In this document: piece by piece, positions 30,770-41,562 of the stretch
Position numbering within the stretch: the first letter of the stretch is position 1
Layout: every line of letters starts with the position of its first letter
Assembly: GCA_963422265.1 (NCBI GenBank)
Contig: OY729416.1
Span: forward strand, 1,216,001 to 1,280,000
DNA length: 64,000 nt
Source of the DNA: Thermodesulfobacteriota bacterium
GTDB taxonomy: Bacteria; Desulfobacterota_D; UBA1144; Nemesobacterales; UBA2774
Direction of reading: 5' to 3'
Translations under genes and position numbers: made by a program
Notes under the pieces: generated by a model
Told to the model about the DNA's origin: nothing
The model's input: only the letters and a program-made list of their open reading frames with translations
The model's database searches: none

Positions 30770-30846
30770 AATTGCCCCCCAACTTAATAGATAAAATTCG
30801 GAGTATTATACCTTGCTGCGAAAATAATAATAATTCAAATACGAAT

Positions 30847-31527
30847 TTAGACCAACCCTATAAAGCTAAGTTGGCTACCCATGCCTTCCCCTTGCCTCCT
30901 GTAGGAATAAAACTCGCTATTGCACTTAGTGCAGATACTCGTCATCTCTATCTCTCGCACCCCTGCCTCCAACAGTGCAATTCTGTTAGCTCCTGGCAGA
31001 TCAAGAATATACTTTGAATCACCAGCTTGAAACAAATATTCTCGACAGTTCCCATATCTACTTGTGAATATAGAAGCAACATCCTCTCCTACTTCGTAGC
31101 AGCAGATATTTATTGAAGGTCCAACGGCAGCTACAACGTCCTCCGCCCCAACATCAAAATTGTCCCTAAGCGCCTCAAGCGTTTTCCCCACTATCCCCAT
31201 AGCTGTTCCACGCCACCCCGCATGAATAGCCGCCACTACCGTGGTCTTCCTGTTACACATCAAAATCGGCACGCAGTCAGCAGTCGAGACTACGACTCCG
31301 ACTCGTCTTAAATTACTTATAAGGGCGTCCCCACTAAGCAACCCATCATCCCAAAAATCATCCCCAGCTACTATAATCCGATCACTATGCGCCTGCTTTA
31401 ACCGCGCGAACTTGGAAAGATTAAACTCCCATTCTGCTAAAAGCACTTCACCGCTCGTGCCTTTATCGCCAAAGCCGTGCGCAACCTTTGAAAGGCGTGA
31501 TAATACTTTTGCCCTGGTAAATCCCAT
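30847..31527 (-). CDS. pgeF: PgeF/YfiH family protein (peptidoglycan editing factor / purine nucleoside phosphorylase)
   Basis: QAH, TADCVPIL, HAGWRG, GPSI..CCYEVG, FYSYRR; follows rluD. Confidence 0.92.
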   Translation of the reverse strand: MGFTRAKVLSRLSKVAHGFGDKGTSGEVLLAEWEFNLSKFARLKQAHSDRIIVAGDDFWDDGLLSGDALISNLRRVGVVVSTADCVPILMCNRKTTVVAAIHAGWRGTAMGIVGKTLEALRDNFDVGAEDVVAAVGPSINICCYEVGEDVASIFTSRYGNCREYLFQAGDSKYILDLPGANRIALLEAGVREIEMTSICTKCNSEFYSYRRQGEGMGSQLSFIGLV

Positions 31528-31536
31528 TTCTACGCT

Positions 31537-32493
31537 CTAATTCTCCCTATCTTCAAAAAAGCTAATTATTCTTAATATATCTTCTGGAATTTCAGCGTTA
31601 AATTCTACATATTCACCCGAGCTGGGGTGATTAAAACCTATTTTAGATGCATGAAGGGATTGTCTCCCAATTTTCTTTGACGCCTGCTTTATTACTATAG
31701 AGTTCTGCTTTCTTCTACCGTAAACCTTGTCCGCCACGATCGGGTGTCCGTTTTCCGCAAAATGCACCCTTATCTGATGCGTCCTTCCGGTCTTGGGCTT
31801 TGCTTGAATAAGAGTAGCATACCCGTATCTTTCCATTACTTTCCATAGGGTTAGGGATTCTTTTCCCGATTTAGTATTAGAAGACATCTTAAGTCTATTT
31901 GTTAGATGCCGTCCGATTTTAGATGAAAATGATCCGTAATCGCCTTTCATATTGCCTTCAACTACGGCGACGTAGCTCTTTTCTACGCGTCTCAATTTGA
32001 ATTGATTTACCATTGAGTTATGAGCAAACTCATTCTTAGCAATAACGATTACCCCTGACGTATCTTTATCTAGCCTGTGCACTATACCCGGCCTAATCCT
32101 CCCTCCTATTCCGGAAAGTCCTTTGCACTTGTGCAGCAATGCGTTCACCAGGGTGCCGGTTTTTACACCGGCGCCGGGATGAACAACCATTCCCGCCGGC
32201 TTATTAACCACAACAATGTAATCATCTTCAAAAAGTATATTAACGGGGATGTCCTCGGGTAAAACACCAATCGGTTCTGGTGGGAGCATGCTTACTTGGA
32301 CCGTCTCACCACCGTCTAATTTCCTCGAGGGCTTTATGGGCATGCCTTCAACCAACACGTTCTTACTTTCAATCAATCTTTTTATCTGAGAGCGCGTATG
32401 GCTCAAAAGAAAATGGGACAAAGCAACATCGGCTCTTTCCCCCGCCACCTCAATTGGAACGCGAAACGTTTTCACTCTCTCTTCATCCATCAT
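31537..32493 (-). CDS. rluD: RluA-family pseudouridine synthase (RluD)
   Basis: NKPAGMVVHPG, RPGIVHRLDKDTSG, TGRTHQIRVH. Confidence 0.92.
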   Translation of the reverse strand: MMDEERVKTFRVPIEVAGERADVALSHFLLSHTRSQIKRLIESKNVLVEGMPIKPSRKLDGGETVQVSMLPPEPIGVLPEDIPVNILFEDDYIVVVNKPAGMVVHPGAGVKTGTLVNALLHKCKGLSGIGGRIRPGIVHRLDKDTSGVIVIAKNEFAHNSMVNQFKLRRVEKSYVAVVEGNMKGDYGSFSSKIGRHLTNRLKMSSNTKSGKESLTLWKVMERYGYATLIQAKPKTGRTHQIRVHFAENGHPIVADKVYGRRKQNSIVIKQASKKIGRQSLHASKIGFNHPSSGEYVEFNAEIPEDILRIISFFEDREN

Positions 32494-32598
32494 TCATCTC
32501 CGCCCAGCTTTCTAATCATGTAACCGCTGATCTCGCGTAGCAGCTTGACTGAACTAACTATGAAGCCTCAGTCAAACTGAGTTACAGCCTCAACAAAA

Positions 32599-33369
32599 TC
32601 ACAGCCTCTTTAGTCTAATTAATGGCTTTTTATCCCTTATGACTTTTGAGGCGCTGTCTTGATTGACTGAAATTTCAAGTAGCCCAGAGCTACCTACTAT
32701 GGCTAGCATAGCCCCATTTGGAGCATCATTATAAGAATCTGAGATCCTACCGATCTCTAATGTATCAACGCAAACTATGAAGGCGGAAGATAGCAAATCA
32801 CTATTTATATTAGTAACCAGATTACCGAATGAATCCGTATAGATTACCTCCCCTATTATCTCGTCCCCGAGAAGCTTAGGCTCAGGAATATCTAATAAGG
32901 TAGGGGATTGAACACTTTGTCCTAGCTCATTTATATTGATCCCCAAGGATAAATGCGCCGCTACCGGTGCAAATATATCTCTCCCGTGAAAGGTTTTGCT
33001 CACATCAGGAAGCATATATCTATGGTTTGTAACTTCGACAACGTAAACATCTTCGCTTTCTTCGTATATAAAGGAGAAAACACCGTTATCCGGACCGACA
33101 AAAACACAGCCGTCCGCTTTAACGGCAATAGGTTTTCTTGTGCTTCCGACACCTGGATCAACAACCACTACGTGGACAGTTCCATTGGGATAGTAACCGT
33201 AAAAACTGCTAAGGATAAAAGCCCCTTCAAAAACGTTGTATTTGGTAACCTCATGGGTGACGTCGGCAACTATCGTATCGGGATTTATCCCATAGATAAC
33301 GCCTTTCATAGAACCCACGTAATGGTCTTTAGTCCCAAAATCCGTTGTTAGGGTTATTATACTCTTCAA
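32599..33369 (-). CDS. SAM hydroxide adenosyltransferase / chlorinase-fluorinase superfamily (DUF62)
   Basis: ITLTTDFG, VVDPGVGS, GPDNG, TFHGRDIFAP, DSFGNLVTN. Confidence 0.92.
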   Translation of the reverse strand: MKSIITLTTDFGTKDHYVGSMKGVIYGINPDTIVADVTHEVTKYNVFEGAFILSSFYGYYPNGTVHVVVVDPGVGSTRKPIAVKADGCVFVGPDNGVFSFIYEESEDVYVVEVTNHRYMLPDVSKTFHGRDIFAPVAAHLSLGININELGQSVQSPTLLDIPEPKLLGDEIIGEVIYTDSFGNLVTNINSDLLSSAFIVCVDTLEIGRISDSYNDAPNGAMLAIVGSSGLLEISVNQDSASKVIRDKKPLIRLKRL

Positions 33370-33416
33370 GTAGATTCGCCTTTTATCTCTAGCGGTAAAG
33401 CACTTACGGATTAAAA

Positions 33417-33450
33417 TAGCTTAATTTCCCCAGATTGGTAAATTAAGCTA
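33417..33450. terminator. Hairpin between the acyltransferase and DUF62 genes
   Basis: Perfect 11-bp inverted repeat TAGCTTAATTT ... AAATTAAGCTA. Confidence 0.45.
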
Positions 33451-33523
33451 ACATGCCCTAACCCAAGTTGCGCAACGCTTACAACTGCGAGGGGTAACAA
33501 CAAAGGTGATGCTGATAAATCCC

Positions 33524-34312
33524 TTATATGTAATTGCCACCGTCTTTATAAGCATCGCTAATTCGCTCATATGCTAAGCGAGCTGCATTCTTTCTCGTAA
33601 TCTCAGTACTACCCCTTACAACCTCAAGCTCTTCAAACTCAACTAGAATAGTTTTAACCTCTAGCATCCTGAAAAAATGACTAAAGAAACTCGCTTCCCC
33701 GTAAAAGAAAACAGCATCTCTACTTTCTCTATCTATGTAAGCACCATTTACCTTTTTATATCTCAAACATACGGGCAATATATCGATGCGAGATTTTACG
33801 GCGGGATGAAAGAACGAGGTCTTAAAATTCAATATCCCATCGCCGTTTGAAGTCGTTCCTTCTGGAAAGAGCGTTACGCTTAAACCCATGTTCAACGTAT
33901 CCGATATATCACCCACGTTTTCCAACAACTTGCTTTTGTTTCTTCTCTCAACAAATATGGCACCTGAATACCTCGTAATCGTGCCAAGGACAAATTGTTC
34001 CGTCAGTTCTGAATTAGCGATAAATACCGAAGGGGCAATGGAGCAAATCACGAAGACATCCGTATATGAAAGATGGTTAGATACAATAAAATACTGCCCT
34101 TCTTGTCTAATTAGCTTATCAAGGTTTTTTGCCTTGACCTCTACCCCCAAAATAATAAGGACTAACCTGGAAAAGAAGGACGTAATTCTTGAGAAATATC
34201 TAAGTTTTTCTCTACGACCCACTGCAACGTCAACGAGGAAAGAAACAGCCAAAAAAATGATTACAAGAAAAAACAAGATAATAGCCTTTATGGATTTTCT
34301 TGTTAGGATCAT
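33524..34312 (-). CDS. Lysophospholipid acyltransferase (PlsC/OlsA-like)
   Basis: HX4D motif SNHLSYTD, FVERR, FPEGTTSNG, N-terminal TM. Confidence 0.88.
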   Translation of the reverse strand: MILTRKSIKAIILFFLVIIFLAVSFLVDVAVGRREKLRYFSRITSFFSRLVLIILGVEVKAKNLDKLIRQEGQYFIVSNHLSYTDVFVICSIAPSVFIANSELTEQFVLGTITRYSGAIFVERRNKSKLLENVGDISDTLNMGLSVTLFPEGTTSNGDGILNFKTSFFHPAVKSRIDILPVCLRYKKVNGAYIDRESRDAVFFYGEASFFSHFFRMLEVKTILVEFEELEVVRGSTEITRKNAARLAYERISDAYKDGGNYI

Positions 34313-34390
34313 TATTTGCTCTGTTTACTGACAACGCAGATGGATTTACCTCTGGACATAATCTACTTTATTTAAGTAAAAGCGTCTAAA

Positions 34391-35506
34391 ATGAACCAGA
34401 TTTCCAAAATAATAAAATCAAGGATACAAAATTCAGGTCCAATTACATTCGCGGATTTTATGGAACTTGCGCTTTATCATCCCGAGCACGGCTATTACGC
34501 ATCTGGAAAGGTCCGCTTTGGCAAAGATGGAGACTTTTACACAAGTCCATACGTTCACAATGCTTTCGGTCAGATCATAGCAGGATTTATTGTGAAAAGC
34601 AGGGAAGCAATAGGAGGAACAAGTATTTCCATACTGGAACTTGGGGCTGGGAAAGGATACTTAGCGCTAGATGCACTGGATACCCTCAGAAACAACTACC
34701 CTGAATGCTATGAAAAAGTCTTCTACGCCGTGGTTGAAGGTAGCTCGGAGCTTATAAAGGCATCTAAGAACGTGTTAAAAGAGCATCAGCATAAAATACA
34801 ATGGTACTCTTCCATTGATAAATTAGAAGGATGCTCTATCACGGGTGTCATCGTGTCAAACGAATTATTCGACTCGCTCCCTTTTCATAGAATGATATTT
34901 CAAGGAGGATCCCCGATTGAAATATATGTATCTACAAAAGACAACGAATTTGTTGAAATAATGGATATTGCCAGCAGTGAAGAGCTTATTGAGTATTTAG
35001 GCGGAATAGATTTAGTAGAAAGTCAGGAAATTGAAATAAACCTAGAGGCTAAAAAATGGTATGAGAAATTAGGCAAGATTCTAGCAAAGGGATTTGTCCT
35101 TACTATAGATTACGGTTATCTAGCAGGGGAATTATTCAGCCCAAAGAGAATGAAAGGTACGTATAAAAGTCTTTACAGGAATTCAATAAACGAAGACGTC
35201 TATTCCAATATAGGAGAGCGGGATATTACGGCTCACGTCGATTTTAGCAATCTCATCAAGCTAGGGCAGTCTCATGGCTTGAATAAGTTTATCTATACGA
35301 CGCAGGGACAGTTTCTAATTGACTGGGGAATACTTACCGCTATTGAAAGAGAGAAAGACTATAGAAAAAGAATGGCAATAAAGAACCTATTTTTACCAGA
35401 ATCAATGGGAGATAGCTTTAAGGTTCTCTTGCAAGAGAAGGGGATAAACAACTTTGAAGATTTTTATCAGGCGTCCCCATTCAAGATCAGTTTTAATATA
35501 TCGTAG
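34391..35506 (+). CDS. SAM-dependent methyltransferase, MidA/NDUFAF7 family
   Basis: FMELALYHPEHGYY, GDFYTSP, ELGAGKG, SNELFDSLP, IDYG, DITAHVDF. Confidence 0.9.
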   Translation: MNQISKIIKSRIQNSGPITFADFMELALYHPEHGYYASGKVRFGKDGDFYTSPYVHNAFGQIIAGFIVKSREAIGGTSISILELGAGKGYLALDALDTLRNNYPECYEKVFYAVVEGSSELIKASKNVLKEHQHKIQWYSSIDKLEGCSITGVIVSNELFDSLPFHRMIFQGGSPIEIYVSTKDNEFVEIMDIASSEELIEYLGGIDLVESQEIEINLEAKKWYEKLGKILAKGFVLTIDYGYLAGELFSPKRMKGTYKSLYRNSINEDVYSNIGERDITAHVDFSNLIKLGQSHGLNKFIYTTQGQFLIDWGILTAIEREKDYRKRMAIKNLFLPESMGDSFKVLLQEKGINNFEDFYQASPFKISFNIS

Positions 35507-35584
35507 CATCTTGCTCCCATGCAGTAGTTTAGTTATGATACAAACACTCAAAGGTAGAAATACAAAATTTAAGGAGTATAGCTT

Positions 35585-36751
35585 ATGAGTGTGAAATGGG
35601 CTAAGAGAATCTCGGAGCTTCCACCCTACCTATTCGCTGAAATAGACGCAAAGAAGAATGAAATGAAAGGCAAAGGAGTGGATGTAATAGATCTAGGCGT
35701 TGGAGATCCTGATATTCCTACGCCGTCTCATATAATAGAGGCTTTGAAAAAAGCGTCTGAAGATCAGGCAAATCACAGGTATCCATCTTATGAAGGTATG
35801 CTTTCTTTTCGCCAAGCGGTTGCCGATTGGTATAAAGAAAGGTTTGATGTTGAACTGGATCCCGAGACGGAAGTCGTTGCCTTAATAGGCTCTAAGGAGG
35901 GTATAGCCCATACACCTCTTGCTTTTCTTGATCCTGGAGACGTAGGGCTGTTCCCGGATCCGGGTTACCCCGTGTACCCTACCTCAATCAGTTTTGCAGG
36001 GGCAACCCCCTATGCAATGCCTCTTCTCGAACAGAATGAATTTCTACCTGACCTTGCCTCCATATCCGAAGACATCAAAACTAAAGCGCGGATAATGTTC
36101 TTGAATTATCCGAATAACCCAACGACTGCCGTAGCGGGAGAGTCTTTTTTTAAGGAAGCCGTAAACTTTGCCGCGGATAATAATATACTCATCTGTCACG
36201 ACGCCGCCTACACTGAGATCGCTTATGATGGATATAATCCCCTTAGTTTGCTACAAATTGATGGAGCCAAAGAGGTGGCAATAGAGTTTCACTCTCTTTC
36301 CAAGACTTTTAACATGACAGGGTGGAGAATAGGCTTTGCCGTAGGGAATAAAAGGGCTCTGGGTGGTTTAGGAAAAATAAAAACAAATATAGATTCTGGA
36401 GCCTTTCAGGCGGTCCAGCATGCCGGAATAGAGGCGCTAAAGAATTATAAAGTCGGGCTTGACGCAAGAAAAAAGATTTTTGAGCAAAGACGTGACATAT
36501 TCTGCAAGGGGCTGGACGAAGCCGGGTTTAGATACAATAAACCCCTAGCTACCTTCTATGTTTGGTTCAAAACCCCCGAAGGTGTTTCTTCAAAAGAGTT
36601 CTCTTCTCAACTCTTGACTGAAGCTGGTATTGTAGTAACCCCCGGTAACGGTTTTGGAAATTATGGAGAGGGCTATGCTCGCGTTTCCACCACTTTTAGC
36701 ACGGAAAGAATCGTTCAAGCCGTAGATAGACTAAAAGAAGCGAAGTTCTAA
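35585..36751 (+). CDS. dapL: LL-diaminopimelate aminotransferase
   Basis: LPPYLFAEID, LGVGDPD, LIGSKEGIAH, NYPNNPT, SLSKTFNMTGWRIG. Confidence 0.85.
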   Translation: MSVKWAKRISELPPYLFAEIDAKKNEMKGKGVDVIDLGVGDPDIPTPSHIIEALKKASEDQANHRYPSYEGMLSFRQAVADWYKERFDVELDPETEVVALIGSKEGIAHTPLAFLDPGDVGLFPDPGYPVYPTSISFAGATPYAMPLLEQNEFLPDLASISEDIKTKARIMFLNYPNNPTTAVAGESFFKEAVNFAADNNILICHDAAYTEIAYDGYNPLSLLQIDGAKEVAIEFHSLSKTFNMTGWRIGFAVGNKRALGGLGKIKTNIDSGAFQAVQHAGIEALKNYKVGLDARKKIFEQRRDIFCKGLDEAGFRYNKPLATFYVWFKTPEGVSSKEFSSQLLTEAGIVVTPGNGFGNYGEGYARVSTTFSTERIVQAVDRLKEAKF

Positions 36752-36752
36752 A

Positions 36753-38208
36753 GTGGAATATTTAATTTCCGGCTCTAAAATCGTATTGGCAACAATATAT
36801 TTTCTGTCCCTTACGCTTCTTTGCATATATGGTATTGAACGCTACTACCTTTGCTACATATACAGAAGAGATAAGTATAAGAAACCCGTTCCTAAAAATA
36901 AGCTCGCAAACCTCCCGGTCGTAACAGTTCAGCTCCCTATCTACAATGAAATGCACGTGGTAAAAAGGCTTATAGAATCAGCCTGCGATATGAATTATCC
37001 AAAGGATCTACTGGAAATTCAGGTTTTGGATGATTCTACGGATAAAACGGTGGAGATAGCAGCAGGATGCGTGAACGAATATAAAAAGAGAGACGTTGAT
37101 ATAAAGCATATGCATAGGGAAAATAGAGAAGGGTTTAAGGCGGGAGCCCTAAAAGATGGACTTAAAAGCGCCAGGGGGGAGTTAATCGCTATATTTGACG
37201 CTGATTTTATACCACCTGAAGATTTTTTAAGGAAAACAGTGGATTTCTTTTACGACCCCAAAGTTGGAGGGGTTCAAGCAAGATGGGGGCATATAAATAA
37301 GGATTACTCAACGTTGACTAAGGCTCAGTCCATTCTCTTGGACGGGCACTTTATTATTGAACAGACGGTCAGGTTTAACAATGGAATGTTTTTTAACTTC
37401 AATGGAACCGCCGGCGTTCTCAGAAAGAAATGCGTGGAATCCGCTGGGGGCTGGCAGCACGATACGCTTACGGAGGACTTGACCTCAGCTACAGAGCCCA
37501 ACTGGCTGGCTGGAAACTAATATACCTCAGAGACGTGATTGTTGATGCTGAGCTTCCGGTGGATATGAAGCCTTCAAATCTCAACAACACCGCTGGGTAA
37601 AGGGGGGAGTGCAAACCGCGCTGAAAATCCTGCCTCGCATATTAGTTAGAAACGATCTTCCTATCAAAATAAAATCTGAAGCGGTCTTCCACCTTCTTGG
37701 GCTCGGTTTCCTATGACCTACTTTTGGCATTCAATAGGCATGGGCAAGACTATACTCCTAAATCTTTTAGCCGTATCCATTGGTACCATGAGTTTCATTA
37801 TCTTCTTAAAGTTACGGTGAGAGAAATACGAAAACTGGCAGGAAAGAAAATACGTTCCCTTGCAATTTCAGTTGGGATTGGCGGAAGCCAAAGCCGCTCT
37901 CGGGGCGCTCTTGGGTAAAGATCGGAGTTTAAACGCACGCCGAAATTCGCTCATCAAGCGGCTCAGGAGATTCGCCAACTGACTGGTGCTCAAGAAGCTA
38001 CGTGCCAACTACGGCTTTGGCGGAAGTCTCTTTAGGCATGATATTTTTCGCTCAGACAATTTATGTTATATACGCAGGCTACGTCTTAGGCGAGTTCAGC
38101 CGATTCATCGGCTGGATTCCATTTCTTCTTCTTATTCAGTCCGGCTTTTTATACGTCGGTTTTCTTGCAATACGTCATAGCTCTAAGAAAGCACTCTCAG
38201 AACACTAG
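36753..38208 (+). pseudogene. GT2 cellulose-synthase-like glycosyltransferase, multiply frameshifted
   Basis: QLPIYNE, DDSTD, KAGAL, FDADF, TED. A 1-nt loss near 37480 precedes DLSYRAQLAGW; a second shift near 37570 precedes AFKSQQHRW; TM region is fragmented. Confidence 0.85.
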
Positions 38209-38228
38209 GAAACGGGATTGAGGAAAAA

Positions 38229-38987
38229 ATGAAAGTATGCGCGCTCGCCAGTGGTAGCTCTGGAAATTCTCTATACGTAGAAACGGAACACGCTAAGATA
38301 CTAGTTGACGCCGGTATTAGCCTAAGGCAAATAAATAGAAGGTTAAATAAGCTAAATGTTGACGTATCAGAAATAGATGCCGTCATTATTACGCATGAGC
38401 ACTCAGATCACACCGCCGCCGTTTCCAAGGTTCCTATCCCTGTATATGTGGCTTCAGCCACTTCACACCTTTGGTGCGAAAAAGTAAACGAGTTAAAAGA
38501 ATTTGAAAGTGACTCTTCGTTTGCCATAAAAGACCTAACAATTACTCCTTTCTCCGTTCCACACGACTCCCTTGACCCAGTGGGTTTCACTATAGAAACG
38601 GAAAATTATAAAAAAACCGGTATAGTAACCGATATAGGCTCCGTAACCGAACTGGTTAAGGAAAGACTTAAAGGATCCAACATTCTTATTATTGAATTTA
38701 ATCACGATGATGAGATGCTTCGTTCTAGTCATTATCCTTGGGATATAAAACAGAGGATCAAAGGACGACTAGGACATCTCTCTAATGATCAGGCATCCGA
38801 GCTTCTTGAAAGTCTTTTACACAACCGGCTTAGTCACGTAATACTAGCTCACTTAAGTGAGGTGAACAACAGTCTTGAAGCAGCTTTCCAATCCGCAAGT
38901 AAAGCAGTTAAAAAATGGGAGACAGGTTTGGACGTAAATATTGTCGTCGCTCCTAAGAAAAAAATAAGCGAGGTAGTGAAGATTTGA
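38229..38987 (+). CDS. MBL-fold metallo-hydrolase (YycJ/WalJ-like)
   Basis: LASGSSGN, THEHSDH, PHD, GHLSN, LAHLS. Confidence 0.9.
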   Translation: MKVCALASGSSGNSLYVETEHAKILVDAGISLRQINRRLNKLNVDVSEIDAVIITHEHSDHTAAVSKVPIPVYVASATSHLWCEKVNELKEFESDSSFAIKDLTITPFSVPHDSLDPVGFTIETENYKKTGIVTDIGSVTELVKERLKGSNILIIEFNHDDEMLRSSHYPWDIKQRIKGRLGHLSNDQASELLESLLHNRLSHVILAHLSEVNNSLEAAFQSASKAVKKWETGLDVNIVVAPKKKISEVVKI

Positions 38988-40282
38988 TTTCAAGATATTC
39001 AAGACCCGAAATGGCGTCAATTTGGACTGACGAGGCGAAATATAGAAACTGGCTCCGAGTAGAGATTGCGGTTTGTGAATCATGGGCTAAGTACGGGCGT
39101 ATCCCCAGAGACGCCGTTTCTACTATTAAAAAGCGCGCGGGATTTGACGTGGACAGAATTAATGATCTAGAAAAAGAACTAAAGCACGACGTGATAGCTT
39201 TTCTTACCTCAGTCTCAGAACACGTTGGAGAAGAATCGAGATTTATTCATCTCGGACTAACGTCCTCTGACATATTAGATACCGCGCTTGCGCTCCATCT
39301 TAAGGATTCCTCCTACTTAATAATAAATGACGTCCAAGAGGTTCTTAGCGTATTGGAGAGGCTTGCGTTTGAACATAAGAAGACTCCTATGATAGGAAGA
39401 ACCCACGGGGTTCACGCTGAGCCTAAAACGCTAGGTCTTGTTTTTGCGCTCTGGCACGACGAAATGAACAGAAATCTTAAGCGAGTGAAAAATGCGAAGG
39501 AAGTTATTAGCACAGGCAAGCTCTCGGGTGCAGTGGGAACATTTGCTAATATCCACCCTGAAATTGAAGAGGAAGCGTGCAAACTGCTTGGGCTTAGACC
39601 CGCTGCTATTTCTACTCAGATTATTCAAAGAGATATACACGCCGAGTTTTTTCTTACGCTGTCTATAGTAGCGTCAACGATAGAAAAGATAGCGGTTGAG
39701 ATAAGACACTTTCAGAGAACCGAGGTTCTTGAGCTTGAAGAGCCATTTAGAGAAGGACAAAAAGGCTCGTCAGCTATGCCGCACAAGAGAAACCCAATAC
39801 TCTCAGAAAACTTATGCGGTCTTTCAAGACTCGTGCGTTCCTACGCCGTATCGGCGCTTGAAAACGTTCCGCTATGGCATGAACGCGACATTAGCCACTC
39901 TTCGGTAGAAAGGATAATATGCCCTGACAGCGTTATTCTTATCGATTTTATGCTGAATAGGCTGAAGTCACTGCTAGAAGGCTTACAGATTTACCCTGGA
40001 AACATGGAAAAAAACATAGGGCTTACCCGGGGACTCATATTTTCACAAAAGGTCTTACTCAAACTTATAGACAAGGGTATATCAAGGGAAGACGCATATA
40101 GGCTAGTTCAGGACAATGCAATGAAAACATGGAAGGGTAAAGATGATTTTAAGACCCTTTTACTAAGGGACGATCGTATAAATGAGCTCTTGTCAGTAGA
40201 CGACTTAGAAGAGTGTTTCAACATAACTGCTGACTTCAAAAACATTGACTACATTTATGAAAGGGTTTTTGACAAGTCTTAA
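38984..40282 (+). CDS. purB: Adenylosuccinate lyase
   Basis: MISRYSRPEM, GRTHGVHAEP, GSSAMPHKRNP, WHERDISHSS. Confidence 0.97.
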   Translation: MISRYSRPEMASIWTDEAKYRNWLRVEIAVCESWAKYGRIPRDAVSTIKKRAGFDVDRINDLEKELKHDVIAFLTSVSEHVGEESRFIHLGLTSSDILDTALALHLKDSSYLIINDVQEVLSVLERLAFEHKKTPMIGRTHGVHAEPKTLGLVFALWHDEMNRNLKRVKNAKEVISTGKLSGAVGTFANIHPEIEEEACKLLGLRPAAISTQIIQRDIHAEFFLTLSIVASTIEKIAVEIRHFQRTEVLELEEPFREGQKGSSAMPHKRNPILSENLCGLSRLVRSYAVSALENVPLWHERDISHSSVERIICPDSVILIDFMLNRLKSLLEGLQIYPGNMEKNIGLTRGLIFSQKVLLKLIDKGISREDAYRLVQDNAMKTWKGKDDFKTLLLRDDRINELLSVDDLEECFNITADFKNIDYIYERVFDKS

Positions 40283-40413
40283 GACGAGCTCAGGTGAGAA
40301 GAAAGACTTTGAAATAACTTCAGAATGAGATGCGCGCCTTACACAAGGGTCTCCCTTGTTTTCCGCCCCACCGGTGTTATCGTTATGTTAGTCAAGAGAT
40401 GAGGAGATAAGCA

Positions 40414-41562
40414 ATGAAATTCAAGACTGCCGTATTGGCTGCGCTAACTTTATCTTTCCTTATGGTGGGCATCCAAGCCTGTGCTGAGGACACGCCAAAG
40501 CAAGAGTTCAGGAAAATATCAATACAAGAGGCTGAAAGATTACAAAAGTTTTTCAAGAATAAATTCCTCTCCAACGCGCCCCCGGACGTTACAGCCGAGG
40601 TAACAGGATTTGAAGCAACGGCTATTAAAAGCTTAAAAGCTGGAAAACTCTCCGTCAAAGGTTCACATAGCTCAGATGATTTAGATTTCGTCACAACAAC
40701 GGATGGAAAGTACCTAGCGTTCGGAAGGTTAGCCGATGCTAAGACTGCTGAAGATACACCCATTGAAAATATAAAAAGACTATCTATTTCCGTAGGAGCA
40801 GATTCTATACATATACTCGTAACTGCAGATGGAAAACACCTAATAATTGAGGGAAATACCATAGTAAGCGTCGCGGAACTTGAGGATGCAGAGCTAACGG
40901 GAATGAAAAAAAGCTCCTTTCCTACCCGGAGAGATAACTTTCAGATGCCTATAATAGTGAGTGACGATGGTCGATATCTATTAGTAAGCGAAGTTTATGA
41001 CACAACCATTGACGCTCACGAGGAAACAATGAAAAAAATATCGCTCAACGATGTTCCCACTAAGGGATTCAAAAACGCAAAAGTAACGGTAGTTGAGTAT
41101 TCCGATTTTCAGTGTCCATTCTGCAAGAGAGGAAAGGATATGCTGATAGACATATTGAAATCTTATAAAGGAAAAATAAAGATTGTCTATAAGCAAATGC
41201 CCCTTCCTAATCACAACTGGGCTAGACAGGCTTCAATAGCATCGATATGTGCGTACCAACAGGAAAACGAAAAGTTTTGGGGATTTCACGATATGGTATT
41301 TGACAATCAGCAAAACATAAAATTAGAAAACGCTAAGGAAACATTTAACAACTACGCCAGAGGCTTGGGACTGGACGTAAAACAATTCGACTCCTGTCTT
41401 AACTCTAAAGAGTCCATGACTAAGGTGGAGAACGAGATGGCTGAAGCTAAATCAATAGGGATTTCTTCAACCCCAACTTTTGTCGTCAACGGCATAATGG
41501 TTTCAGGGGCAGATACCGAGAGACTCAAATCAGCTATTGAAACAAAGCTTAGGGACACGTAA
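40414..41562 (+). CDS. Exported DsbA/thioredoxin-domain protein with repeated DsbC_N-like units
   Basis: Signal peptide; three xxDG(K/R)(Y/H)L repeats; C-terminal EYSDFQCPFC and STPTF. Confidence 0.85.
   Translation: MKFKTAVLAALTLSFLMVGIQACAEDTPKQEFRKISIQEAERLQKFFKNKFLSNAPPDVTAEVTGFEATAIKSLKAGKLSVKGSHSSDDLDFVTTTDGKYLAFGRLADAKTAEDTPIENIKRLSISVGADSIHILVTADGKHLIIEGNTIVSVAELEDAELTGMKKSSFPTRRDNFQMPIIVSDDGRYLLVSEVYDTTIDAHEETMKKISLNDVPTKGFKNAKVTVVEYSDFQCPFCKRGKDMLIDILKSYKGKIKIVYKQMPLPNHNWARQASIASICAYQQENEKFWGFHDMVFDNQQNIKLENAKETFNNYARGLGLDVKQFDSCLNSKESMTKVENEMAEAKSIGISSTPTFVVNGIMVSGADTERLKSAIETKLRDT

Noticed and set aside
32599-33369. Possible fluorinase/chlorinase for halometabolite synthesis
   Set aside because: Housekeeping context and the DUF62-type HGRD motif favour a SAM hydroxide adenosyltransferase; no biosynthetic cluster nearby.
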